45,124 nt of DNA from contig NC_069001.1 in assembly GCF_001194135.2 (NCBI RefSeq), positions 39,995,984 to 40,041,107 of the forward strand, read 5' to 3'. Numbering within the stretch: position 1 is the stretch's first letter; the number at the start of each line of letters is the position of its first letter. This DNA is from Octopus bimaculoides (Eukaryota). This document shows, piece by piece, positions 11,501 through 22,900 of this stretch. Below the pieces are notes generated by a model. It did not search any database. It was given only the letters and a program-made list of their open reading frames with translations, and was not told the origin of the DNA. A program made the translations under genes and the position numbers.

Positions 11501-14500
11501 TGGTTATAATGAGTATGATGGTGAATTGCTGTTGTCTAACTCACTGTTTTTCACAAGGGTTGCCTGTGAGGATCGAAAGGGAGATGAGGAATATCCTGTT
11601 TAAGATGGTTTTAAGCTTGTTCAACACCCAGGCAAAGCAAAAAGAATTAAGCGAATGCAAACTCTTTTGTCCTCTCATTAATAAGGGCGGAAAAAATTGT
11701 CATTAATATTTGTAGGAACCTGATATTTGCCAGTTTGAGAAGCACTAATTTAGTCAGAAGCCAACCCTGACCCTGTAGACGTGTGATTGATGCAATTCAC
11801 TGGCACCATTCTGCCTTTTATTTAGGCATAGAATCTAGATTATCTATTGCAATTTATTTTTCATTAAGATGAGTAGGGTATTATATGAAAAAGATTTGAC
11901 TGATAGTATTATAGCAATGTAGAGTGACTGCATTGGGGTTCCTTTCATGATTTGGTGGTGTTCAGGAAGATTATTCTTGGGCAGAGAAAAGGAAGAGAGA
12001 CCCAATGGTTGCATAGATATTCCTTCTTAGCTTGTATTTTTAGTACGTAGCTATATAGTGAATGGATAGAAATTAATATATTTTAGCCTTTTCTTGCTAT
12101 CAGCGATTTCTTACTATTTCAATGGCACCTAAAAGCGAATCGGTGACATATGCAATGGTATTTTCACACAGATTCATGACAATAGTTTGTCTCTTTACTC
12201 TATACACCTTGACCGTTGTCATGCATTGAATTTCTTTCGTTATGGCAACTGTTAGAACACTTGTTTCCCATAAAAGTTATATTAATCGAATATATATATA
12301 TTCTTTATTCTTTTACTTGTTTCAGTCATTTGACTGCAGCCATGCTGGAGCACCGCCTTTAGTCGAACAAATCGACCCCAGGAATTGTTCTTTGTAAGCC
12401 TAGTCTCTTTTTGCCGAACTGCTAACTGATGGAGACGTAAACACCAACATCGGGTGTCAAGCGATAGTGGGGTGGGGTGACACATACATACATACATATA
12501 CGATGGGCTTCTTTCAGTTTACGTATGCCAAATCCACTCATAAGGGTAGAAGACACTTGCCCAAGAAGCCACGCAGTGGAACTGAACCCTGAACTATGTG
12601 GGTGGTAAGCAAGCTACTTACTACACAGACAGATAGATATTGAGTAATGGAGGAAAGTGAAATGGGAAAAAAATCTTTCCAAAACATATTGCTTTCAGTC
12701 ACTTTTGAGACTGCCGATCTACAATGAAGCCCAGTCTAATGGATCCCCCACCATCATTCTATACAACTGTAGAATCCCTTCTAATGTCTGCTCGCTAATC
12801 AATGCATTAAAAAGAAGGTGCTCATTCTACGAATGCACAAACCTTTCATTAGATAGGAACTACACCCAGTTTGAATGGAAATTTTACGAACATGTCCATT
12901 CATTAAAAAACCCCAATAAGCACAAATCTATATCCCTAGCTGAAATGACATGGGGCTTTAGAGCTGAGGAAATCCCATGTGAAATTTCTTGGTTTGGGAA
13001 CTGCTTCCCCCTATATGAGCGGAAGGGGTAAATACCACATACCCTCAAAATCATAAACACTAGGGATAATGTGGTAAACTAACATAATGACATTTTGATA
13101 AGACGTCCGCGTAAATAGAATAGAACTTTGGGAAATTTTCATTAGCTTAGTTGTTTTTGATTTTTTTCTTCTGATTTACCTTCTCTCCTTTTTACCTTTG
13201 AACACTGATATTTTACATCCTGACTCCCTCACATATACCCACCCATTGTTTAGTTCATTTCAACAATATTCGTCAGGATCTATTACTTCTAGCCTACCCC
13301 AGATGCATAAAAAGTAAAGTGTGTTTGTGTGAGAGAGAGAGCTGATCTGAATCAAAACAATGTTTCAGAAACAAAGGAACGATGCATTAAAGTAGTTCTA
13401 GAATATACTATACTTTAAAACAAAGAGGAGATGGTCAAAGTTGGAACGCTTTTGATGATAATGTTGCTTATATCACCAGGTTAAGCTATTTTAGAGATAA
13501 ACAACAACAAAGGACAGGTGAGGAAATATAATCCTGTACAGATTTGGCAAAAATAAAACTATACGTTGTAACTGTAAGACTTTCAGCTTAATGAGGGATG
13601 GTCATATTTTAAAAAAGAATTGTGTGTGATATTTGAAATAGAGGACTTACCAATGTTGAATGTGCCAAAAATATTTGGCTTGACTCCGATACTGGAATGT
13701 GCCTTGAGTCGTGACATTTTCGGTTCTGAAGTTATAATAAAAACGAAAGATTATTTTAAGAACTAACAATGCACCTTGGTGTTGCCCTGGTATTATGACC
13801 TACAGCCACATTGTATTTGTTCCTTTCTTATGGACAGAATCGGCACACAAGGAGTATCAAGCAAACCACTCTTCTTTATAAACGTTTTTCGGTCATTCTC
13901 TGATGAAAACCTTGTACAATGGCAGCTTAGATTAGAAAGAAATCCCAACATTGACCTCAAAATTGTGTGACCCAGCCTCGTTTTAGTGTTAATTTTTGTA
14001 GTAAAATAGGGTTGCTGTACAAAAGACTTACTTTATGCTGGTAGCCGAAAGATTGCTCAATCATTTGGTATCTCATGCAGTAATATTGGCAACTCAATAA
14101 GATGGCGAACTGGCAAAAATATTAGCATGCTGGGTGAAATGTTTAGCAGTGTTCCGTCTGTCTTTACGTTGTGAGTTCAAATTCCGCTGAGGTTGACTTT
14201 GCCTTTCATTCTTTCAGAATCGATAAATTAAGTGCCAGTTGCATACTGGGGTTGTTCTAATCGACTGGCCTCCTCCCCAAAATTTTGGGCCTTATGCCTA
14301 AAGTAGAAAAGAATATTGGCAACTCAGAGTAGTCACCTTATTCCTTTCCACATCGGCTTTGATGAGCGTAAGGTTATATAATCAGATTGTTACCTAACAC
14401 TCCGTTGTTTTCCTAGCGCAAAACCGATTGGTAAGATCAGCCGTGATGGATATATAATACTGTACATTTCGGATAATATATATATATATATATGTATACT

Positions 14501-15609
14501 TACATATAAGAGACCAGAGTGTACATATATATATATAGAGAGAGAGAGAAGGGGGGGGGGAGAGAAATATTAAGTATATGATTTAATTTATTAAACAGAG
14601 TTCAACAAATTCGTTCATATTTACGTAAATGGAGGAGATTACATGTTAATAATTTTTTTATTCATGTAGCTATACAATTGTTTCATACGGAAAGACAAAA
14701 CATTCCTATTCAAGAATCCTAGTTGTCGTAAAGTACTCGTCAATAGCTAAAATTTTTTTAAAAAACGTCTTTTTAGTGTTTTTTGTTTTTTTTTAATAGC
14801 TACTGACGAGTACTTTCCGACAACTAGGATTCTTAAATAGGAATTTCTTGTTTTTTTTTCTGTATGAAACAATTGTATAGCTACATGAATAAAAAAAAAA
14901 TTAAATCATATACTTAATATTTCTATATAACTTTTACTCTAATTAAAGGACGAACTCGCATTCAACCCCTTTAAAAAAATATATATATATATATAAACTT
15001 ATATATATTCTGAAATGTATAGTATTTTAATATCCATCATGGCTGATCTTAGCAATCGGTTTCACATAAAGAATACAATGGAGTAAGATCAGCCCTGATG
15101 GATATTTAATACTATACATTTCGGATAATATACCCACTCTACTGACAGATATACGAGTGCCCCCAAAAGTGAGCAGTACTGCCTCCGTGGGGGGGGGGGT
15201 GATCCAGAGTGGGCGGCGTTGNNNNNNNNNNGATAGATGTAAAAAAAATATTTAATAGGGCGATCTTACTGTACGAGTCCTAAATATCGGCCTTTTCCGT
15301 AAAAAGTGTCTTCGGCGATCTTTACCAAAGATCGGCTTTTTCCGTAAAAAGTGTTGGAGAGAAACAGCGAAACGACGCCATAAAAGCGAAAGACAAACAT
15401 AGATCGCCTTTAATAGGTTAATTAGGTTTAAGTTTTATTTATGAAATACAGTTGTTTTAAATTTGCTGCAGAAAGTGGTCTCTCTATCTACGAAGCTATC
15501 TCTCTCCACACTCACACACTTATGTGTAATTTAACTTACGGATGCGGTGTGTAGAAAGAGCTCCAACATCTATTAAATCCTTCGTGGCGAATCTTTCATC
15601 TGTTGGCAT
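4907..15609 (-). CDS. Unidentified multi-exon protein-coding gene (or recent pseudogene) with Lys/Glu-rich coiled-coil-like duplicated exons
   Basis: Phase-compatible GT-AG exon chain built by eye: 15609-15540, 13725-13651, 11595-11545, 11430-11384, [one linking exon not found], 10603-10556, 10435-10365, 9879-9757, 9313-9267 (weak acceptor), 7870-7776, 7084-6969, 6889-6767, 6139-6017, 5777-5595 (in-frame TGA), 5056-4907. No protein family recognised. Confidence 0.5.
5595..5777 (-). CDS. 183-nt phase 0-0 exon containing an in-frame TGA at 5729-5727
   Basis: Acceptor ttattagtttcag, donor AGA|gtaagt; PEAVVMSGQRYFRLDS*SCFWIYKLAGIRGDLATNFEIEIHTNHWTECHCIISKILSSLPR. Confidence 0.45.
6017..6139 (-). 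CDS. Duplicated exon copy B (123 nt, phase 0-0)
   Basis: Acceptor gaatttcag, donor GAG|gtaagt; TLGNSWRDTIFKQKKMKHELRREKLLQKQKDEEMKNKQRHE. Confidence 0.65.
6767..6889 (-). CDS. Duplicated exon copy A (123 nt, phase 0-0)
   Basis: Acceptor gaatttcag, donor GAG|gtacct; CMDNVRRDNVSKQQKKIKHELRREKLHHKQKDEETKNKHQE. Confidence 0.65.
7424..7736. mobile_element. Foldback/MITE-like element, near-complete palindrome of about 310 bp
   Basis: acaattgtttctgtaccaactctgcttgcaa...atttacgtaatgtttg is mirrored by caaacattacgtaaat...ttgcaagccagagttggtacagaaacaattgt; superfamily not determined. Confidence 0.75.
8077..8388. repeat. Partial second copy of the 8510-8768 segment next to an N gap; probable assembly duplication
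   Basis: Essentially the same sequence, including non-element flank, on both sides of the gap; this copy decays where the hairpin's second arm begins. Confidence 0.65.
8560..8915. mobile_element. MITE with about 147-bp near-perfect TIRs and a 62-bp spacer
   Basis: 8560-8706 is the reverse complement of 8769-8915 with few mismatches; no clear TSD (AT microsatellite flank). Confidence 0.85.
9757..9879 (-). CDS. Internal 123-nt phase 0-0 exon of the unidentified gene
   Basis: Acceptor ttgtctttttgatag, donor gtaagt; NFFRSSVTDEPFSQKIKLVNKREKNFEKRSSTVKQPKTYET; only this frame is open. Confidence 0.6.
10004..10211 (+). mobile_element. tRNA-derived SINE with 16-bp TSD
   Basis: Body ttagcacgccggacgaaatgcttag...gaggtcgactttgcctttc...aagtaccag shared with 14097-14311; TSD aatattccctgcattg at 9988-10003 and 10212-10227. 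Confidence 0.85.
12300..12628 (-). mobile_element. tRNA-derived SINE (second family)
   Basis: Reverse complement reads gtgtagtaagtagcttgcttaccaccc...gggttcagttccactgcgtggc...ttgggcaagtgtcttctac; related + copy at about 36097-36300. Confidence 0.75.
12740..13070 (+). mobile_element. Penelope-like GIY-YIG endonuclease relic
   Basis: YNCRIPSNVCSL...FYECT...FEWKFYEHVHSLKNPNKHKSISLAEMTW...EISW resembles the PLE pattern CNCR..CPL..F..RY..H..SF....ST.LS..IW. Confidence 0.6.
14097..14311 (+). mobile_element. tRNA-derived SINE with 15-bp TSD
   Basis: Same family as 10004-10211; TSD aatattggcaactca at 14082-14096 and 14312-14326. Confidence 0.85.
14397..15132. repeat. Cluster of nested inverted repeats / hairpin MITEs
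   Basis: 14421-14480 is inverted relative to 15003-15062; third copy at 15083-15132; a separate palindrome of about 370 bp at 14553-14924 lies between them. Confidence 0.75.
15540..15609 (-). CDS. Candidate first coding exon of the unidentified minus-strand gene
   Basis: ATG at 15609, MPTDERFATKDLIDVGALSTHRI, strong donor C|gtaagt, phase 1 matches exon 13725-13651. Confidence 0.5.
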
Positions 15610-16430
15610 AGTTGTTGATTTCTTTGCCGCCTCTTAATAGATATTCATGTAGGTTTATTTTTATATGTAGATATATCGATATTCTATATATATATATAAG
15701 TATTCGTAGAGTCATATATACATTTGCGTTCGCAAAATGAGTTTCGAACTAAATGTAGTGATATATAGGTATTATAATTTCAAATAATTCAACATACATA
15801 CTGCTGTAAGTTAGATATACATATGTCTCAACAGCTCAACATACATTTTGCTGTGATCTTTCTTCAAGTAAGAAAGTAGAAATTACAAAGAGGAACTGCG
15901 ACGCTTTCCTCCGCACATAAACTAAACCTAACAAGAAATACACATAAATGTGTGTGTGTGTACAGAACTGAGTTGGTGGTTCGCGTCCTTCGGTAACCTA
16001 TGGTTACTGAAAACAAATCCACGATAAAACCGGAAACGTTTTTAACCTTAAGAAATAAATCTCTAAGTATCATTATGTTGCTTTTATTCCGTCTCTTATC
16101 AGTATTAGCTTTCTGTTATTTATGTTGATATGAGGTGAGAAGAGGGTGGATATAGTTTAGCTCTTATCCAACATTCCCATTAATCAAAGAAAGTGCAGCT
16201 GTGAGCGATCTCGTTTTTATTCTGACAAAGTGTATCTAGGATTATATTATCGAAAGCAGAGGTTCTCCGACTATCAAATAGTAGTCACCTGAATCCCACC
16301 CACACTCACACTGAAAAATATATTATTGAAAATCCCACCTTCCCCATCGCCTTTATGTTTACAAGACAAAAACAGTTTGTGTCCATGTAAATAGTCTTTC
16401 TTCACACTGCTGCTGGCCGAGAGAAAACGA

Positions 16431-17113
16431 GGTACAATTCAAGAAGAGGGGTCCCGGTGCACGCACCCGAGCAAGCTAGTCGTGACTAGTCGATCCTACA
16501 ACGACGATCTTAGCGCGAATGCGCAAAACATGTACGAGGGTTTTTTTCTAAAGAAAGTAAATAATTTTTTAAAAACAAAGTAAATAATTTTTTTAAAACA
16601 AAGTAAATAAATTACACACTAGCTGTTTTTGGTAAAGAATCCATTAAAAAGTCGGTCTTTCAAAATCTACTGTTGTTCAATGGTATCAGTACATGAGGGA
16701 CATTATAAGTAATTAGTTTTTGCGTAACCCCTACTAAATTGGTGGACTTGGGCAGATCGTAGAAATAGATGAATCTATGATGTGCAAATACAACGGAAGA
16801 TGGGATAGAGGGGGATAAAAATAGGTTTTTTAGTCTTTGTACCTGACCGTTATTCTGAAACTCTTCCACCACTTATTAAAAAATTTATCAAACCAGGGAC
16901 GACTATATATTCTGATTGTTGGAGTGCGTCGTACAATGGGATTACTGAAATAACAGTGACTGTTACGATGTTTTAAGAAAAAAAAAAATGATTTACTTTG
17001 TTTTAAAAAAAACCCTCATACATGATTTGCGCTAGATAGGCGTTGTAGGATCGACTAGTCACGACTAGCTAGCGCGAGTGCGCGCACCGGGACCACTCTT
17101 CTTGAATAGTACC
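16431..17113 (+). mobile_element. Merlin (IS1595-like) DNA transposon, internally deleted and non-autonomous, 683 bp
   Basis: TIRs begin GGTAC and extend about 150 bp; perfect 8-bp TSD GAAAACGA (16423-16430, 17114-17121); relic STVVQWYQYMRDI...IGGLGQIVEIDES and FLVFVPDRYSETLPPLIKKFIKPGTTIYSDCW with stops and a frameshift. Confidence 0.9.
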
Positions 17114-17597
17114 GAAAACGATTTAAAACAATTTTAATTATATAAAACGTGTTAATTTGTCCGCTCCTTTTCAACCTTCAAGCACTCCACTCACCGCCCG
17201 GACTCCTTCAATGAGAAATACTGAACTAATGGTTTCGTTCTTCTTGTTGCCAGCCCCAGTTAATCGCTAACATTCCATTCGTTTTCATCATATTTTCCAC
17301 AGATTTGTGTTCTGCGTTATTGGGAATAAACATTTCCATCCTGTTTAAGATTGAGAAAGATTTAGCTGATCTTTCTGGCAGCTTTGAACGACTATGTAGC
17401 ATCTCTCTTGCTGACTTATGTACGCGTCGATGCATGTGCGTATGTCTGCATATGTGAGTGTGTACACACGCACACAGCTATTGAGAGAGAGTTGTGCAAT
17501 AAGTTTTCATAAGCCTGAAAAGTAACAAGCCTTCCTGAATTCTACATTAGGTTTTGTATGTGTGTGTGTGTGGAAAAAAAAGTCAAGGTAGAAGACG

Positions 17598-18140
17598 CTA
17601 AAATAATTTTATAAAAATTTTGATCTGGGATCTGTGCAGAGCTATCCTTTGATGTAGACTGTTTTTTGTTTGGCTTATATATTGCTCTTGACACCCAAAG
17701 CAGGTTAGTATATATATCAGGTTCTCTGAAGCACATGTGAAGTTGCTTTTCACTGTGAAACGTTGTCCCTGTTTGAAGGAGAACTCTGATCCCTCAATTA
17801 AATTGATGCATATCCCACAGTTGGGTCTTCCGCATTTTTTTACTAAAAGCTTCTGTGTTGTTGTTGAGCGTATTCGGGCTTGTGTTAGGAGACTTTTCAT
17901 AGATTTAGGTTGTCTCTTGCTTTTTATGGTGGTGTGTGTTTGGAGGATTAAGTCCATTCTGTGGTCCTTTTTTTAGCAGGGTAATGTTTTGAAGGATTGT
18001 GTCGAAGGCTTCATTATTAAGAGGGTTGTGTGTGGAGATGTATGGTAGGGCTTTTGATTGTAAATCCTTCTTTAATTTGGGATGTCTGAGTTCCTGGATG
18101 TTGAGTTGAAGGCCATAAAACAATGGCTCAAATAACATCC
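17598..18140 (-). mobile_element. Penelope-like element 3' ORF fragment (linker plus GIY-YIG endonuclease)
   Basis: LPYISTHNP linker, then CGRPNCGIC...FTCASENLIYILTCFGCQEQYISQTKNSLHQRIALHRSQI; frameshifted. Confidence 0.85.
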
Positions 18141-19781
18141 ATCCAACCTACACAAGCATGGAAAAATGGACGTAAAGCAAACAAACTTGCATGAGATATG
18201 ATGAACAGAGAACTTAATGTGCCAAATCCTTTCAATTTTATTACCCTATGACAATCAGATGGTATATTAGCTGAGCGCCATCTCTAATACTAGCAGCTTT
18301 TTTTATAGAGTGAAGCTCTGTAAACTTCCAGTTGATGTTAATGTTTACATGTGATCAATCGTATGTTGTGTAGTTATTGTAAATTTAATGAGTAAAACAT
18401 GTTTTGATATTTCCATCTTAGTATCTAAATTATCTGGTTGTTGGGCATACTAGTTGATATAGCTTTATTTATTTATTTTTTTGGAAGGTAAGCTATGTTC
18501 AAGGACAGACCATCTGATATTGAAGGTAGCACATGAAAGCACGTTTTTTCTTCATCTACCACACATAAAAGACGAATCTTTTGCTTCTATCTATTGTTGT
18601 GAGTTTGTTCTAAAGTTACCTCTGTTCATACAAATTGTAGTTTTTTTTTCAAACTCTTGCTTATTTAGACATCATTTTTGAGTAGGATATGTTAACCATT
18701 GGTTATGGAAGGGAAATAATTTTTTATATCTATTTTTACATCAACTTAAAACTAACCATTCTAAGATTATTCATCACAATATTAGCAATGTCTTTTTCTT
18801 TTCTCCCACCCCACCTCACTGTAACTAACTTTGAAATAACTTCAACTAAATAATTTGTGGTACTTATGACTGGTTAGGAAAGAGTTTATTAATTAGTGCT
18901 AAGAAATTTCAACTTTTTATTTTACTACTTTAGCTGAAAAGCGGGTTGAATGAGATCGTTACATTTTACTTGAAGCTTTGCACCATCTTTCTTCCCAGTT
19001 CATTCTTTGGTGTTTCTCAATCACCTGATTCATGATCTTCATGCTCCCCTTTGACAACAAGGGTATCTAGAATGTAAAGGGATATAACTAACTAGCACAA
19101 GCCACTTCTACAACGTGATATGTCGTGTTTAGTTGTCTCTTTACTAGTGACCTACTACTCTCAAAAGAAGGTTAAACAAATACATTTGCTTTTCCTTCTT
19201 TGAGAGTCAATAAAGTTAGTTAACGGACACAAAGTAATCGATTCTATACCCACCACCCATAATGTGCAATCTTGTGACACCAAGTATTCACAGCAACAAA
19301 GGAAATCAGTCATGATATTTTTCCTCTTCTCTCTCTCTCTCTTCTATTTTTTTCTTTGAGTGGTTTCTTATAGTTTATAGCTAAATGTGCTTTGGGTACA
19401 TTTTATTATGCAACTAACATTAGAGAGAATGTTTGTGAAAAAACTGGAGAGTCTTCTTCACCTTGTATCAGTGATTTAATTTCTTTGCAAGACAAACTAC
19501 ATTTGCACCGGCACTTGTAAAGTTTCTTCCATTTGTTCCTACTTCTTTTCTTTGAAATAAAAGTTTGACAATCATGGCCAGAATATCTTTAATCATAGAC
19601 TTGCTGAATCAAGACTAAACTGAAGCTAAACTACAACACCAAAAAAGATATCATTAGGTAATTAAGTTTTAGATATACATATAGTCTGAATTAGAAAAAA
19701 ACCAAGGTAGTCATAGATGGAACATCATAGAAATGCTGGGTCGGGGTCAACCAAGTACTAAACAACAACAAAAAAAAATAT

Positions 19782-19948
19782 TTAAATGGAATCCTCAATG
19801 TTTCCATTCTTTAACTTATTGATAACCTCACACAACATTTGGTTACACAGAGCAGCATATGGGTTCAACACAATTAGCATCTGTTGCGCAAATGCACTTC
19901 CTCTGCTTGCAGCACTCTTAAAATCTTCAAGAGCTCCTTTGTCATCAC
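19782..19948 (-). CDS. TTC36: TTC36 coding exon 4
   Basis: GDDKGALEDFKSAASRGSAFAQQMLIVLNPYAALCNQMLCEVINKLKNGNIEDSI*. Confidence 0.92.
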
Positions 19949-22900
19949 CTAGAAAAAGCAAAAAACAGATAAAGATGGTGGTGGTGGGGATGAGAATAAT
20001 AATAATAATCATAATAATAATAATGATGATGTATGTGGAACAAAATCCTGGGCTTGGTTAAAAAAAGGGGCAATTAAAAAAAGAAAGAGAGAGCCTAATA
20101 GTAGTAGCCTAAGATCAAGCGATCAAAACCAACAACTCGAGAAAAAATATAAATGGAGAGAATGTATCAGAAAAGTGTAGAGCCTGCAGAAGCTGGAACG
20201 AGACAGTGGCACACAGAGTGACAGAATGCCCCAAGTTGGCACAAGAAGAATATAAGAAATGGAGGCACAACCAGGTTGTAAATGTTTTACACTGGAAACT
20301 GTGCCAGAAATGGGAATTTGAAGCCAAAAATACATAGTACAATCATCAAGTCAAAAGAGGATTAGAATCAGAGAAATGTAAGACTTTGTGGGACTTTCCT
20401 ATTCAAATGAACAAAAAGTCAGAAAATAATACACTGGACATAACGATTATAGAGACAGAAAATGGAATATACAAGAAACTTTATTGCTCACAATATATAT
20501 ATCATCACCGTCACACACAAACACACGCAAATAGGTATAGATAAATTGCATGGTGTTGATAGATTGGTAAGATTCATTGCAACAATACACCTGAGTGTAT
20601 TCATATGTATGCGAAGAACTTACCTTTGTAACGTCGAAGTATTGCACGTTGAACAACAGCTTTACAGACAGCACTGTTACCAGTATTCAGCTCAATGGCT
20701 TTATCTAAATCCTCTAAAGCCCCTAAAAGATAAAGACAGAGTGCGTATCTTAATGCTACCATATACAATGCAGGGAGCAATAAAAAAAAAGGAGGTGTGT
20801 GTGTGTGTGTGAACATGTGCATGCATGAGCATAAATGCATGTATGTGTGTATCTGTGTATAATAATTTACACACTAATGGCAATTTCCTATATTTCATCT
20901 GTCACAAGGCTTATTCAGGACTAAACAACTAAATTCATGTTTACCTTGTATATCACCCTTCAGTCGAAGTGCTTGAGCTCGATTATTGTAACCAGAAGAA
21001 AATTGAGGAGCAAGTTGTATAGCCTGAGTAAACATGTGAATTGAAGAATCTATGTTCCCATTTTCAGCTTCCTGAACTCCTCGAACTTCCCAAGACTTAG
21101 CTTCTTGCTCAACAGCAGTCAATATTTTAGGTTCTGAAAAAAATAAAGGATTTATCAATATACCACTGTTTTCCTGGTTATTATTATTGTAATTATTCCA
21201 TGACTGTAGAAACATGAACACATACAATTAGCTGAATTTATTGCATCTTATAACTCCGAGAGTTGGATGATATTAACTGACTTTAGGTTAGATTATTTTT
21301 TATTTTGTTTCACACCAATTCAACCACAAGTTTTTGTGATAAATAAAAGATATATGTTGGAGGAATTTAGGTTTAGTAGCTAAGTGATAGGGCCTTTGAA
21401 TGACAAAAGAGACCCCTGTAGCTGAAGGAAATAAAATAAGGAAATATCAGATATTTTTAGTATCACTGCAGTTTCATCTGGGTGGGGATGCATTTGCTAA
21501 AGGTACCAAATAGCTAGATAGTAGTGGTGTTAGCTGTTATATTAGGGTTATGAAGGAGTTTCATGTTGATGGCATCATATATATCTCTTGCTATGAAGCA
21601 CATTCATTTGAGATCAAAGAAGCATGTGTTATTGAAAGATGCATTCCAGAAGTTTGGGACCTTTGTTAATGTCAAAGTACAAAATATCCTTCAAATTAAG
21701 ATTCACTGACTCCAATGCATTTGTTGTAACTCTAACCCTAACCACTTCATGAAGACCCCCCCTATGGAAGTCTTCCAAAGTGAAGGTGTCCAGGCCCCTT
21801 GTTACAGCCTCCTTCATCTTCTCAATTCTTCGAAACCACTACCCCAGAGGTTCTCCTTCAGCTTGGGGGAACAGTCAAAAGCAGAGAGCAAGGTCTTGAC
21901 TGTAGGGATGGTGAGAGACAGTGTTGATGCTCATCTCTGTCAAGTAGTCGGTTGTCAGGATAGAATTGTGGACTGGCATTTGTCCTTGGGCAGGTGCTCT
22001 GGCCTTTTGCGACAAAATCTCTTCCTTAACACACTAAAAGCATATGGAGATGATGCCCTAGCTGTCGAAAAAACAGGATCATCATGAACTTCCTGGTAGA
22101 CTTGCTTTACCTGCCCTCTTGTGCCAGCAAAAAAACAGATGCTCATATGAGCAGTCTGGACCATTTCATAAGTTTCTGTGGTGTCTTTCTCCAGTTTAAC
22201 ACAAAACTTTATTACATAGTGAGCTTCCAAATTGTCTTCATGTACTGATTGCATTTTGAAAAATAGTTAGCTGTAACAAGCAGTGTTTAGTAAGATGCTT
22301 TCAAAGTGTTGTTACAGCTATCTCCCTTAATCTGGAATAACAAAAGTTGGTGGCAGGTCAGCTTATTAGACGTATAGGAATGATGTGCTAAAATTACAAT
22401 AATTTAGGACAGTTATAACTGCCTCTCCTAAAAAAAGTTTCAAAATTTCTGCAATGCACTTTGTACATATTAACAACAGGTGAATACTGATTGAGCAGAC
22501 CTATGAGTAAAAGCACTCCAACCATGACCATCCTGTCTCATTTTTTTCCTGCAAAAATAGTGCATCTCATAGTGTATTATCTAATATCTCCATTTTTAAT
22601 AGTGACTGTGGAACTAAAAAAACATAAAAGATAAAATAAAATGTTTGATTTTATTTTCAGATAATGTCTCACATGAACTGCTGGTTTATCATAGGTTTTG
22701 TAAATAAAACACAAACAGCTGTGACTTTACATAATCTCCACTGATAACAAAAAAAACTTTCATGCCTTATAGATTTCATTTAAAAGTAAATTCATTAGAA
22801 TTGCATTATAATCAATTATGTTTATACATATGTATGTTCTTATTTCGTTTTATTTCTAGATTTCTTATCAATGAAGGACAAACCAGTTTCTAACCTAGAT

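Noticed and set aside
13776-13970. 64-aa plus ORF and an overlapping minus-strand candidate exon
   Set aside because: No homology recognised and the phase does not fit the exon chain
15992-16007. RFX X-box-like palindrome GGTAACCTATGGTTAC upstream of the unknown gene
   Set aside because: Half-sites are in the reverse order to the GTTRCC-N-RGYAAC consensus
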